Below, in pieces: positions 13,701 to 25,869 of a stretch of DNA of 64,000 nucleotides. The DNA is from Macrostomum lignano (Eukaryota). The notes under the pieces are model-generated. The model had not been told where the DNA came from, made no database searches, and saw only the letters and a list, made by a program, of their open reading frames with translations. A program made the translations under genes and the position numbers. The stretch's first letter is position 1; every line of letters begins with the position of its first letter. The stretch lies in NCBI GenBank assembly GCA_002269645.1, contig NIVC01000257.1, positions 526,011-590,010 on the forward strand. Direction: 5' to 3'.

Positions 13701-14726
13701 ACATGACGCTTCTATGATTTTTATATGACGCTTCTATGATTTTTACATGACGCTTCTATGATTTTTTACATGACGCTTCTATGATTTTTACATGACGCTT
13801 CTATGATTGTTTACATGACGCTTCTATGATTGTTTACATGACGCTTCTATGATTGTTTACATGACGCTTCTATGATTTTTACATGACGCTTCTATGATTG
13901 TTTACATGACGCTTCTATGATTTTTACATGACGCTTCTATGATTGTTTACATGACGCTTCTATGATTTTTACATGACGCTTCTATGATTTTTTACATGAC
14001 GCTTCTATGATTTTTACATGACGCTTCTATGATTGTTTACATGACGCTTCTATGATTGTTTACATGACGCTTCTATGATTTTTACATGACGCTTCTATGA
14101 TTTTTACATGACGCTTCTATGATTTTTACATGACGCTTCTATGATTGTTTACATGACGCTTCTATGATTGTTTACATGACGCTTCTATGATTTTTACATG
14201 ACGCTTCTATGATTTTTACATGACGCTTCTATGATTGTTTACATGACGCTTCTATGATTGTTTACATGACGCTTCTATGATTGTTTACATGACGCTTCTA
14301 TGATTTTTACATGACGCTTCTATGATTGTTTACATGACGCTTCTATGATTTTTACATGACGCTTCTATGATTTTTACATGACGCTTCTATGATTGTTTAC
14401 ATGACGCTTCTATGATTTTTACATGACGCTTCTATGATTTTTACATGACGCTTCTATGATTGTTTACATGACGCTTCTATGATTGTTTACATGACGCTTC
14501 TATGATTGTTTACATGACGCTTCTATGATTGTTTACATGACGCTTCTATGATTTTTACATGACGCTTCTATGATTTTTTACATGACGCTTCTATGATTTT
14601 TACATGACGCTTCTATGATTGTTTACATGACGCTTCTATGATTTTTACATGACGCTTCTACGATTTTTTACATGACGCTTTTATGATTGTTTACATGACG
14701 CTTCTACGATTTTTATATGACGCTTG
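7720..14726. repeat. ~7-kb 22/23-bp minisatellite (ACATGACGCTTCTATGATT[G]TTT) inside unit A
   Basis: About 300 highly homogeneous copies read directly. Confidence 0.97.
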
Positions 14727-15331
14727 TTTTTAAAAAGTCTTTTAGTTTTCCTGACGTTGAAAAGCTTTAATTAAAAAAATTATACTCAAATTCAAACCAT
14801 CGTCACTGCATTTAGCAGTTCAGTTTGTTCACCTTTAGGCTAGCTCTCATCGTTTTGATAACATCAACTTTTGCACTTATATAACTCAACACTTTTAAAT
14901 CCAAGCATAGAGTAAATCACACGAAGCAGTTATGACATAATCAGTTTCTCAGTCAGTCAGTATCAGTTAACAATATGGTTACGCAATTTAAATCAAGTCT
15001 GGTGCTACGCTTCCACACTGCATTTTCAATTCAAGTCGGAGTTACAATTCAGTTATGATGCAATCTATTTCAGAGTCAGAATTCAACCAGTCAGTTTTTT
15101 CTCTAGCATTCTTACAATGCATTTCAAGTCGAAAAGTTTGCTTGACCTTTGCAAAAAAGCATGTTTTTCGAATATTTAATGCCTTTAGCATCGAGCAATT
15201 TCTTAGCCACGATGCATGTACCGTCACGGGAAAATTTCTGATCGAACAGTGCAAGTTCGAACAAAATCGGTCCAGCCATTTTTTCTCTAATCTATCACAT
15301 ATATATAGACATCACATTTTTAGTATATAGG

Positions 15332-18300
15332 ACTAGCAATCTACGCCCCCCGTTGGGGAGCCAAAGAAATGCAATACACGTTTTTTTAATAAGCTACATG
15401 TATCCTTGAAATCTTAAAAAATCTCCTGTCAAACCTTGTAAGCCTTGACATGTCAGTTATCCCCCCCCACAAGCTTTAACATATCAACTTCCCCCCTTGA
15501 CATCTCAGCAATGCCCCCAATAAGCCTTGGAAATCTAAAAATATCTGCCAACCTTCTAACCCTAACCCTAACCCTAACCCTAACCCTAACCTAACCCTAA
15601 AGCATTGAAATTTCAGTAATTCTCTCTAAGAGTCATTATAGCACTACTACAGCATTATAGCGATAAGCTTCTTTTATTTTTTACATAACGCTTTTTTTAT
15701 CAGCGATCCCTCGCCTGAGGAGGCATCAAATAATGTAATAAAAAGTTTTCAATAAACTACATGTAGCTTCTGACTTTAGCCTTGAAATCTCATTTATACC
15801 CCCGTGAGCCTTGACATCTCAGCTATTCCCCCCCCGTCCGTAAGCCTTGACATGTCAGCGATGGCCCCCATAAACCTTGAAATCTAAAAAATCCACTGTT
15901 AACCTTGAAACCCGATAAAATATAACCCTCAACCCACACCTGACCTAAACCTAACTTTAACCCAACCTAAAGCCTTGAAATCTCAGCAATTCTTCTCCCC
16001 TAAGCCTTGACATTTTAGTGATTCCTTCTTTAAGAATCACAGCACTATAACGATTTCCACCAAGCTTTGACATCGTAGCAATTCCCAAATGAATCTTTTA
16101 ACTTCGACATGACTTTTATTTTATGTATACATAGTGCTACTTTTATTTTTTACATGACTCTTCTTCTATCAGCACCCCCCCCCCAATGGCGAGCCAACAA
16201 AGAATGCAATAAAAAATTGAGTAAATACATGAACTTTGAAGTAGCTTCTGACTTTTGCTTTGACATCTCAGAAACCCCCCCCCGTAATCTCAGTTATTCT
16301 CTGAGAGCCTTTACGTCTCAGTTTTTCTTCCCAGCACAGCATTATAGCTGCATTTCATTTTTACATGACATCCTTCATGTCTGACATGACGCTTCTTTTG
16401 ATTTTTACATTACACTTCTTTTATTCTTCCATGATGCTTCTTAATTTTTTAAATGACGCTTTCATTAGTTTTTAAATGAGGCTTCTATGATTTTTTCATG
16501 ACGCTTCTATGATTGTTTACATGACGCTTCTATGCTTTTTACATGACGCTTCTATGCTTTTTACATGACGCTTCTATGATTATTTCATGACGCTTCTATG
16601 ATTTTTACATGATGCTTCTACGATTTCTGCAGGACGCTTCTATGATTTTTACATGATGCTTCTATGATTTTTTCATGACGCTCCTATGATCTTTTCATGA
16701 CGCTTCTATGATTTTTTCATGACGCTTCCATGATTTTTTCATGACGCTTCTGTGATTGTTTATATGACGCTTCTATGCTTTTTATATGACGCTTCCATGA
16801 TTTTTTACATGACACTTCTATGATTTTTACATGACGCTTCTGTGATTGTTTATATGACGCTTCTATGCTTTTTATATGACGCTTCCATGATTTTTTACAT
16901 GACACTTCTATGATTTTTACATGACGCTTCCATGATTTTTTCATGACGCTTCTGTGATTGTTTATTTGACGCTTCTATGCTTTTTATATGACGCTTCTAT
17001 GATTGTTTACATGACGCTTCTATGCTTTTTATATGACGATTCTATGATTTTTACATGACGCTTCTATGATTTTTACATGACGTTTCTATGATTTTTTCAA
17101 GACGCTCCTATGTTTTATTCATGACGCTTCTATGATTTTTTCATGACGCTTCTATGATTTTTACATGACGCTACTATGATTTTTACATGACGCTTCCATG
17201 ATTTTTTACATGACGCTTCTATGCTTTTTACATGACGCTTCTATGATTATTTCATGACGCTTCTACGATATCTGAAGGACGCTTCTATGATTGTTTACAT
17301 GACGCTTCTATGATTTTTACATGACGCTTCTATGATTTTTTCATGACGCTTCTATGATTTTTTACATGACGCTACTATGATTTTTACATGACGCTTCCAT
17401 GATTTTTTACATGACGCTTCTATGATTTTTACATGACGCTTCTATGATTTTTACATGACGCTTCTATGATTTTTTACATGACGCTTCCATGATTTTTTAC
17501 ATGACCCTTCTATGATTTTTACATGACGCTTCCATGATTTTTTTTCATGACGCTTCCATGATTTTTTACATGACGCTTTTATGATTTTTTCATGACGCTT
17601 CTATGATTTTTACATGACGCTTCCATGATTTTTTACATGACACTTCTATGATTTTTTGCATGACGCTTCTATGATTGTTTACATGACGCTTCTATGATTG
17701 TTTACATGACGCTTCTATGATTTTTTACATGACGCTTCTATGATTGTTTACATGACGCTTCTATGATTTTTTACATGACGCTTCTATGATATTTTCATGA
17801 CGCTTCTATGATTTTTTACATGACGCTTCTATGATATTTTCATGACGCTTCCACGATTTTTTACATGACGCTTCTATGATTGTTTACATGACGCTTCTAT
17901 GATTTTTACATGATGCTTCTACGATTTCTGCAGGACGCTTCTATGATTTTTACATGACGCTCCTATGATTTTTTCATGACGCTTCCATGATTTTTTACAT
18001 GACGCTTCTATGATTTTTTACATGACGCTTCTATGATTTTTTACATGACGCTTCTATGATTGTTTACATGACGCTTCTATGATTGTTTATATGACGCTTC
18101 TATGATTTTTACATGACGCTCCTATGATTTTTTCATGACGCTTCCATGATTTTTTACATGACGCTTCTATGATTTTTTACATGACGCTTCTATGATTTTT
18201 TAGTTTTCTTCTTGGTGTTAAAAAGCTTTAGCTAATTAAAAAAATTCCACTCTCTAAAAATTCGAACCATCGTCCCTGCATTTAGCAGTCAGTCTGTTTA

Positions 18301-18803
18301 CCTCTAGGCTAGCTCTCATCGTTTTGATAATATGAATTTTAGCACTTATAATTATAAGTTTCAAAACTCCAAGCATGGAGTAAATCACACGAGGCAGTTA
18401 TGACATAATCAATTTCTCAGTCAGTCAGTATCAGTTAACAATATGGTTACGCAATTTAAATCAAGTCTGGTGCTACGCTTCCACACTGCATTTTCAATTC
18501 AAGTCAGAGTTACAATTCAGTTATGATGCAATCTATTTCAGAATCAGAATTCAACCAGTCAGTTTTTTCTCTAGCATTCTTACAATGCATTTCAAGTCGA
18601 AAAGTTTGCTTGACCTTTGCAAAAAAGCATGTTTTTCGAATATTTAATCCCTTTAACATGGAGCAATTTCTTAGCCAAGATGCATGTACCGTCACGGGAA
18701 AATTTCTGATCAAACAGTGCAAGTCTCATGAAAATCGGTTAAGCCATTTTTTCTCTAATCGATTACAAGCAAGCAAGCAAGATTTTCATTTTTAGTATAT
18801 AGG
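15332..18803 (+). mobile_element. Non-autonomous Helitron/HINE-like element, unit B (head-to-tail with A)
   Basis: Same 5' start and layout as A. Junction TAGTATATAGG|ACTAGC. 3' end carries (GCAA)n. Confidence 0.65.
16480..18201. repeat. Same 22/23-bp minisatellite inside unit B (more diverged copies)
   Basis: Same consensus with many point variants. Confidence 0.95.
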
Positions 18804-21800
18804 ACTAGCAATCTACGCCCCCCGTTGGGGAGCCAAAGAAATGCAATACACGTTTTTTTAATAAACTACATGTATCCTTGAAATCTTAAAAAATCTCCTG
18901 TCAAACCTTGTAAGCCTTGACATGTCAGTAATTCCCCCCCCCCACAAGCTTTAACATATCAACTTCCCCCCTTGACATCTCAGCAATGCCCCAAATAAGC
19001 CTTGGAAATCTAAAAATATCTGTCAACCTTCTAACCCTAACCCTAGCCTAACCCTAACCCTAACCCTAACCCTAACCCTAACCTAACCCTAAAGCATTGA
19101 AATTTCAGTAATTCTCTCTAAGAGTCATTATAGCACTACTACAGCATTATAGCGATTCCCTGCAAGCCTCGACATCGTAGAGATTCCCAAATGAATCTCT
19201 TAACTTCGACATGAAGCTTATTTTATTTTTTACATTACGCTTTTTTATCAGCGATCCCTCCCCAGAGGAGGCATCAAATAATGTAATAAAAAGTTTTCAA
19301 TAAACTACATGTAGCTTCTGACTTTAGCCTTGAAATCTCATTTATACCCCCGTGAACCTTGACATCTCAGATATTCCCCCCGTAAGTCTTAACATGTCAG
19401 CGATGGCCCCCATAAACCTTGAAATCTAAAAAATCCCCTGTTATTCTGTTAACCTTGAAATCCGATAAAATATAACCCTCAACCCACACCTGACCTAAAC
19501 CTAACTTTAACCCAACCTAAAGCCTTGAAATCTCAGCAATTCTTCTCCCCTAAGCCTTGACATTTTAGTGATTCCTTCTTTAAGAATCACAGCACTATAA
19601 CGATTTCCACCAAGCTTTGACATCGTAGCAATTCCCAAATGAATCTTTTAACTTCGACATGACTTTTCTTTTATGTATACGTAGTGCTACTTTTATTTTT
19701 TACATGACTCTTCTTCTATCAGCGCCCCCCCCGTGGCGAGCCAACAAATAATGCAATAAAAAAATTGAGTAAAGTACATGAACTTTGAAGTAGCTTCTGA
19801 CTTTTGCTTTGACATCTCAGAACCCCCCCCCGTAATCTCAGTTATTCTCTGAGAGCCTTTACGTCTCAGTTTTTCTCCCCAGCACAGCATTATAGCTGCA
19901 TTTAATTTTTACATGACACCCTTCATGTCTGACATGACGCTTCTTTTATTCTACCATGATGCTTCTTAATTTTTTAAATGACACTTTCATTAGTTTTTAA
20001 ATGAGGCTCCTATGATTTTTTCATGACGCTTCTATGATTTTTACACGACACTTCTATGATTTTTTATATGACGCTTCTATGATTGTTTATATGACGCTTC
20101 TATGCTTTTTACATGACGCTTCTATGATTTTTTTACATAACGCTTCCATGATTGTTTACATGACGCTTCTATGATTGTTTACATGACGCTTCTATGATTG
20201 TTTACATGACGCTTCTATGATTTTTTACATGACGCTTCTATGATTATTTCATGACGCTTCTACGATTTCTGCAGGACGCTTCAATGATTTTTACATGACG
20301 CTTTTATGATTTTTACATGACGCTTCTATGATTGTTTACATGACGCTTCTATGATTGTTTATACGACGCTTCTATGATTTTTACATGACGCTTCTATGCT
20401 TTTTACATGACGCTTCTATGATTGTTTACATGACGCTTCTATGATTGTTTCATGACGCTTCTATGATTGTTTACATGACGCTTCTATGATTGTTTACATG
20501 ACGCTTCTATGATTGTTTACATGACGCTTCTATGATTGTTTATACGACGCTTCTATGATTTTTACATGACGCTTCTATGCTTTTTACATGACGCTTCTAT
20601 GATTTTTTACATGACGCTTCTATGATTGTTTCATGACGCTTCTATGATTGTTTACATGACGCTTCTATGATTTTTTACATGACGCTTCTATGATTGTTTA
20701 CATGACGCTTCTATGATTGTTTATACGACGCTTCTATGATTTTTACATGACGCTTCTATGCTTTTTACATGACGCTTCTATGATTTTTTACATGACGCTT
20801 CTATGATTGTTTTATGACGCTTCTATGATTTTTTACATGGCGCTTCTATGATTGTTTACATGACGCTTCTATGATTTTTTACATGACGCTTCTATGATTG
20901 TTTACATGACGCTTCTATGATTGTTTAAATGACGCTTCTATGATTGTTTACATGACGCTTCTATGATTGTTTACATGACGCTTCTATGATTGTTTACATG
21001 ACGCTTCTATGATTGTTTACATGACGCTTCTATGATTTTTATATGACGCTTCTATGATTGTTTACATGACGCTTCTATGATTGTTTACATGACGCTTCTA
21101 TGATTGTTTAAATGACGCTTCTATGATTGTTTACATGACGCTTCTATGATTTTTTACATGACGCTTCTATGATTTTTTACATGACGCTTCTATGATTGTT
21201 TACATGACGCTTCTATGATTTTTTACATGACGCTTCTATGATTTTTACATGACGATTCTTTTTAAAAAGTCTTTTAGTTTTCCTGACGTTGAAAAGCTTT
21301 AATTAAAAAATTATACTCTATGAAAATTCGAACCATCGTCGCTGCATTTAACAGTTCAGTTTGTTCACCTCTAGGCTAGCTCTCATCGTTTTGATAACAT
21401 CAAATTTTGTACTTATATAATTCAACACTTTAAAATCCAAGCATAGAGTAAAAATCACACGAAGCAGTTATGACATAATCAGTTTCTCAGTCAGTCAGTA
21501 TCAGTTAACAATATGGTTACGCAATCTAAATCAAGTCTGGTGCTACGCTTCCACACTGCATTTTCAATTCAAGTCGGAGTTACAATTCAGTTATGATGCA
21601 ATCTATTTCAGAATCAGAATTCAACCAGTCAGTTTTTTCTCTAGCATTCTTACAATGCATTTCAAGTCGAAAAGTTTGCTTGACCTTTGCAAAAAAGCAT
21701 GTTTTTCGAATATTTAATGCCTTTAGCATCAAGAAATTTCTTAGCCACGATGCATGTACCGTCACGGGAAAATTTCTGATCGAACAGTGCAAGTTCGAAC

Positions 21801-21870
21801 AAAATCGGTACAGCCATTTTTTCTCTAATCGATCACATAGACACAGACAGACCATTTTTAGTATATACGA
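18804..21870 (+). mobile_element. Non-autonomous Helitron/HINE-like element, unit C (head-to-tail with B)
   Basis: Same 5' start and layout. Junction TAGTATATAGG|ACTAGC. 3' end carries GACA-type repeats then TTTTTAGTATATACGA. Confidence 0.65.
20005..21258. repeat. Same 22/23-bp minisatellite inside unit C
   Basis: Same consensus. Confidence 0.95.
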
Positions 21871-22029
21871 GTGGAACTCCTCCTCTGGAGGAGAAAGGGG
21901 AAGAACTCCCATCACCGGAATTCTATTCCCTGAAATATCCATCAACTGAAATTCCATGTCTTTAACCCTATCTTCCAAATCGTCTCCAAATTCTTTACAA
22001 AATCTTTCAAAGACCATAGCTCAAAGACT

Positions 22030-22740
22030 CTCAAGTCTCTCATATCTCCTCTCTCCTCTCTCTCATCTCATCTCTACCCCTGCTCCCTTATTTATCTCTT
22101 CTCCCTCGTCTTTCGTCTGTACCTTCTCCTGTCTTCTGTCTCCTCTCTTCACTCTTATCTCTCCCTCTTCTCTCCTCTCTCATATGTCATCTCTACTCAC
22201 TTATCTATCGTCTCTCTTAACCCTCTCTCTCTCTTCTCTTTTCTCTTCTCTCTGCTCTCATTTCTCATATTTCATATACGCTCTGACACTACTTTCTTGT
22301 CTCCCATCTTTCTTCCTCCTTTTCACTATCCCCTGTCTCTTCTCTTCTCTCTTTTCTATTCTCTCCATTCTCTCTTTTCTCCTTTCCTTGCTCCTTTCAT
22401 CTCTCTCCTCTCTCCTCACTCTCTTCTCCTTTCGCTTCTCTCTCCTCTCTCTCCTCTCATCTTTACTACCTTATTTATATCTTCTCCCTAGTCTTTCGTC
22501 TGTACTCTCCCCTGTCTCCTCTCTCCCCTGCTCTCTCATCCCTCATCTCCTCATCTCACTCTTTCTTTCTCCTCTACTCTCCCCTCTCTTCTATTGCCTC
22601 TGTACGCTCTTATCCCTCATCTATTCTCTCTCCTATCATCTCCAATCTGTCATGTCTAATCTCTCCACTCAATTATACTCTGTTTTCTATCATCTCTTCT
22701 CTCTTCTCTTTTCAGTCTTCTCTTTACTCTCTTCTCTGAC
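22030..22740. repeat. CT-rich low-complexity tract
   Basis: Pyrimidine-rich imperfect repeats. Gives the spurious Ser/Leu ORF 21956-22747. Confidence 0.9.
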
Positions 22741-22749
22741 TGATTGAAG

Positions 22750-24344
22750 ATGCCAAATCCATCAAGATCCTCTCCGCGAAGCAAAAATCCTGTCTGTGCA
22801 ACTAAAAACCATCGAAATCCTCTCAGTGAAACTGGACTCCTTCGAAATCCTCTCCTTGAAACTTAAATCCATCAAAATTGTTTCTATAAAACAGAAATCA
22901 ATCATAAATTATCTCCGCGAAACAGAAAGCCTCTCCGTGAAGCTGAACATGATCGAAATCCTCTCCGTGAAACTGAACACCATGGAAATCCTTTCGTGAA
23001 ACTGAACATCATCGAAATCCTCTCCACGAAACAGAAATCTTCTCCGTCAGAATTTAAACATTGAAATCGTCTCCGCTAAACTTGACTTAATCGAATTTTT
23101 TCCGTCAAACAACTCAACTCGCCAGATTCATTAGGGTTAGGGTTAGGGTTAGGGTTAGAACTACGCACAGCTTCGTGTTAAAAGGCACAGATAAAAATAT
23201 TGAACTAATTGAATCAATTCATTGCGCAACCGATTTCACAGTCAGTCAGTATCAGCCTCAGGTAAAGTTAACAAAAACATTGCGCAATCTAAATCAACCC
23301 TCCAATACACAGCAGCAGTGAGAAGTTGAACCCTCCCCCAACAATCTTTGCAGATTAGAGTACAATCTTTGCAGAAAGTTAAAAGTATGGAAATCGTTTT
23401 TCAAATGCTGTGCTTTTTCTTTTCATATTTAAAGCAAACAACTTATATCCCCGAACTCAGCGTTGCAAGATCTTTCCAGTAATATAAGTCTCTCCTCTCA
23501 AAGTTTAAAACTCGAGGAACAGTTAGCGTTTGAAACTGTCTGATTTATAGCATTGAAGTATCGAGTGTACGTTCACTGCCTGCTTGCAAGATGATGCATT
23601 GAATTTCAATGTCCAACAAATACACAGGACTGCCCATTGAAAGGCAGGAAAACTTATCAGTAGCCATATCATTGCGCAATTATCTATAAAGTCAGCCAGT
23701 GAGCCAGGGTTGACAAATTGAAATCAAGAAATTTTCTATGACAAATTGCTCTGATGCAGTTGAGATTTCGGAACAGAAAATTATACCATTCTGTTCAGTT
23801 TTTCAAACTCTTTCCAACGGTGTGATTCACTTTTCTGTAGCTTGAAAATTAAAAGCAGAAATTAAGGTGCAAGTTTTCCCGTTTCTTACTTGCAGAGCGC
23901 AATGTACACTCTGTGATGAGTTAAAAAATCAAGCCATCCATTCTCGCGCAGTGTGCACCTCCACCCCTTTTTAACACTGAGCAAGTAGGCCGCCAATTCT
24001 CAAGTGCCGGCGACCCTCCCCCAGCTGAAATGAAATACACTGCAGAGATAGGAGAAAAGTTGTGGCGCAACCATACAAAATAGCGTCAAGTGGGAAGTCC
24101 ATGGAATGCGATATATAGACATCTGGTCTGGCTGTCTGGTTTGTGCTGTTTTCTGCTTTTTTGAAGCACTTAAAATTGAAATTTGAAAATGAATTTTAAA
24201 TTGTAGCATCGTCGGGACATTTGACATGTTTTGGTACCGGTTTGAAAGTTGAGTTGCAAGAATCATAGGAGGAGATCGTCGACAAACCCGGCCCACCGGC
24301 CCACCCTACCACCGGACCACGACGTCAGCTTTAGTATATAGAGG
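22750..24344 (+). mobile_element. Diverged relative of the A-C elements (unit D)
   Basis: Has ~30-bp CATCGAAATCCTCTCCGTGAAACT repeats (22760-23100) and a TTAGGG tract. Shares CAGTCAGTCAGTATCAG...GCGCAATCTAAATCAA with A-C. Ends TTTAGTATATAGAGG directly before the next ACTAG. Confidence 0.5.
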
Positions 24345-24914
24345 ACTAGCTAATTAGAGCTGGCTGCCAGCATCCAGAATAATTTTTATTGCCCCCACCC
24401 TTTAAGTGGGTCCAGTGAGTTTTCTTATCAGTTGGCTCTGGCGCAATCAATTAAAATTGACTGAGAAGTTTCTCGCTGATAAAATTTGCATTGAAAAAGG
24501 CTATTTAAAACAGTTTTTCGAATATTTAATCCCTTTAGCATTGAAGCAGATACAAGAAATTTTAACCATACAATCCCAGGCTGATTACAAATCTTTTGGC
24601 GAAAACGCAATCAAAATCGATGAAGAATTGCAATCTCTAGAGCGTTATGGACAAACATACAAACAAACCTTAGAGATTTAGTATATTTAGATTTAGATTT
24701 AGAAGATTTTTCTCTAATCGATTACAAGCAAGCAAGCAAGATTTTCATTTTTAGTATATAGGATTTAACATGGAGCAATTTCTTAGCCAAGATGCATGTA
24801 CCGTCACGGGAAAATTTCTGATCAAACAGTGCAAGTCTCATGAAAATCGGTTAAGCCATTTTTTCTCTAATCGATTACAAGCAAGCAAGCAAGATTTTCA
24901 TTTTTAGTATATAG
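24345..24914 (+). mobile_element. Short HINE-like element (24345-~24700) followed by duplicated unit-B-type 3' ends (~24705-24914)
   Basis: Starts ACTAGC and shares TTTTTCGAATATTTAATCCCTTTAGCAT with the A-C core. Ends (CAAA)n...TTTAGTATAT. 24762-24914 matches the last ~150 bp of unit B. Confidence 0.55.
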
Positions 24915-24920
24915 GATATA

Positions 24921-25375
24921 TAGGATAGAGATCTGGCTGAGATAGGATTGAGATCTGGCTGAGATGGGATTGAGATCTGGCTGAGATAGGATACAGATCT
25001 GGCTGAGATAGGATACAGATCTGGCTGAGATAGGATAGAGATCTGGCTGAGATAGGATAGAGATCTGGCTGAGATAGGATAGAGATCTGGCTGAGATAGG
25101 ATAGAGATCTGGTTGAGATAGGATACAGATCTGGCTGAGATAGGATAGAGATCTGGCTGAGATAGGATAGAGATCTGGCTGAGATAGGATAGAGATCTGG
25201 TTGAGATAGGATACAGATCTGGCTGAGATAGGATAGAGATCTGGCTGAGATAGGATAGAGATCTGGCTGAGATAGGATAGAGATCTGGCTGAGATGGGAT
25301 AGAGATCTGGCTGAGATGGGATTGAGATCTGGCTGAGATAGGATAGAGATCTGGCTGAGATAGGATAGAGATCTG
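24921..25375. repeat. 22-bp minisatellite (CTGGCTGAGATAGGATAGAGAT)
   Basis: About 20 copies. Confidence 0.95.
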
Positions 25376-25494
25376 TTGTAGAGATTAGACAGATTAAAAA
25401 GTAAGTTCGCATTTCATTGCTCCTTTTACATTACGACATTACCCAGTCAGTTGCTATGCTCTGATTCCTCATCCTTTATAATTTGAAAACCCAG

Positions 25495-25766
25495 CCTGCG
25501 ACAGCCTCGAAGTCGGCATCGTGTTAACTTCGCCGATCAATGGCGACGAGTTGCCAGTCGGTTTTGTGGACATCTCGCCGCGCGAGAGCCTGGAACAGCT
25601 GCGCAAGCGGGCGGCCGTCTTCCTGCCTCTGCTGGCGGGCTGCGAGTTTCTGTTTCTGAACAGGCGCGGCTGGCCTGTCAGCGAGCTGTACGAGGCTCGG
25701 CTAAGAGTGCACGAAGTGCTGGATCACCGCAGGAGTGTGTCGGTGGCGCCGCTGAGTCGGATGCAG
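25495..25766 (+). CDS. TIR-TIR-SLOG gene, first identified exon: ubiquitin-like / SPATA1-N-like segment
   Basis: CCAG|CC TGC (phase 1). Peptide CDSLEVGIVLTSPINGDELPVGFVDISPRESLEQLRKRAAVFLPLLAGCEFLFLNRRGWPVSELYEARLRVHEVLDHRRSVSVAPLSRMQ, then donor |GTGTAG (phase 0). GC-rich codon usage. In-frame TAA at 25479 means an upstream exon is needed. Confidence 0.75.
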
Positions 25767-25869
25767 GTGTAGTGGGGACTAGGACACTCGGGGTAGCTAT
25801 TGGGGATTGAGATCTGATTCTTATGATTGGAAAATGGAAAATTTGAGATAACTTTTTTGTTGGGTAAAC

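Larger units (their letters stand above)
6583..15331 (+). mobile_element. Non-autonomous Helitron/HINE-like element, unit A
   Basis: Starts ACTAGCAATCTACGCCCCC. Contains a (TAACCC)n tract, a 22/23-bp minisatellite and a conserved ~550-bp core. Ends AAAATCGGTCCAGCC..microsatellite..TTTTTAGTATATAGG. The terminal architecture resembles Lep1/DINE-1-type rolling-circle elements; no Rep/helicase ORF is present. Confidence 0.65.

Noticed and set aside
15042-22017. ORFs in the conserved 3' core of units A-C (MMQSISESEF..., MHCSIRNF...)
   Set aside because: Short, with variable ends among copies, and no Rep (HUH) or helicase motifs. Treated as non-coding TE sequence.
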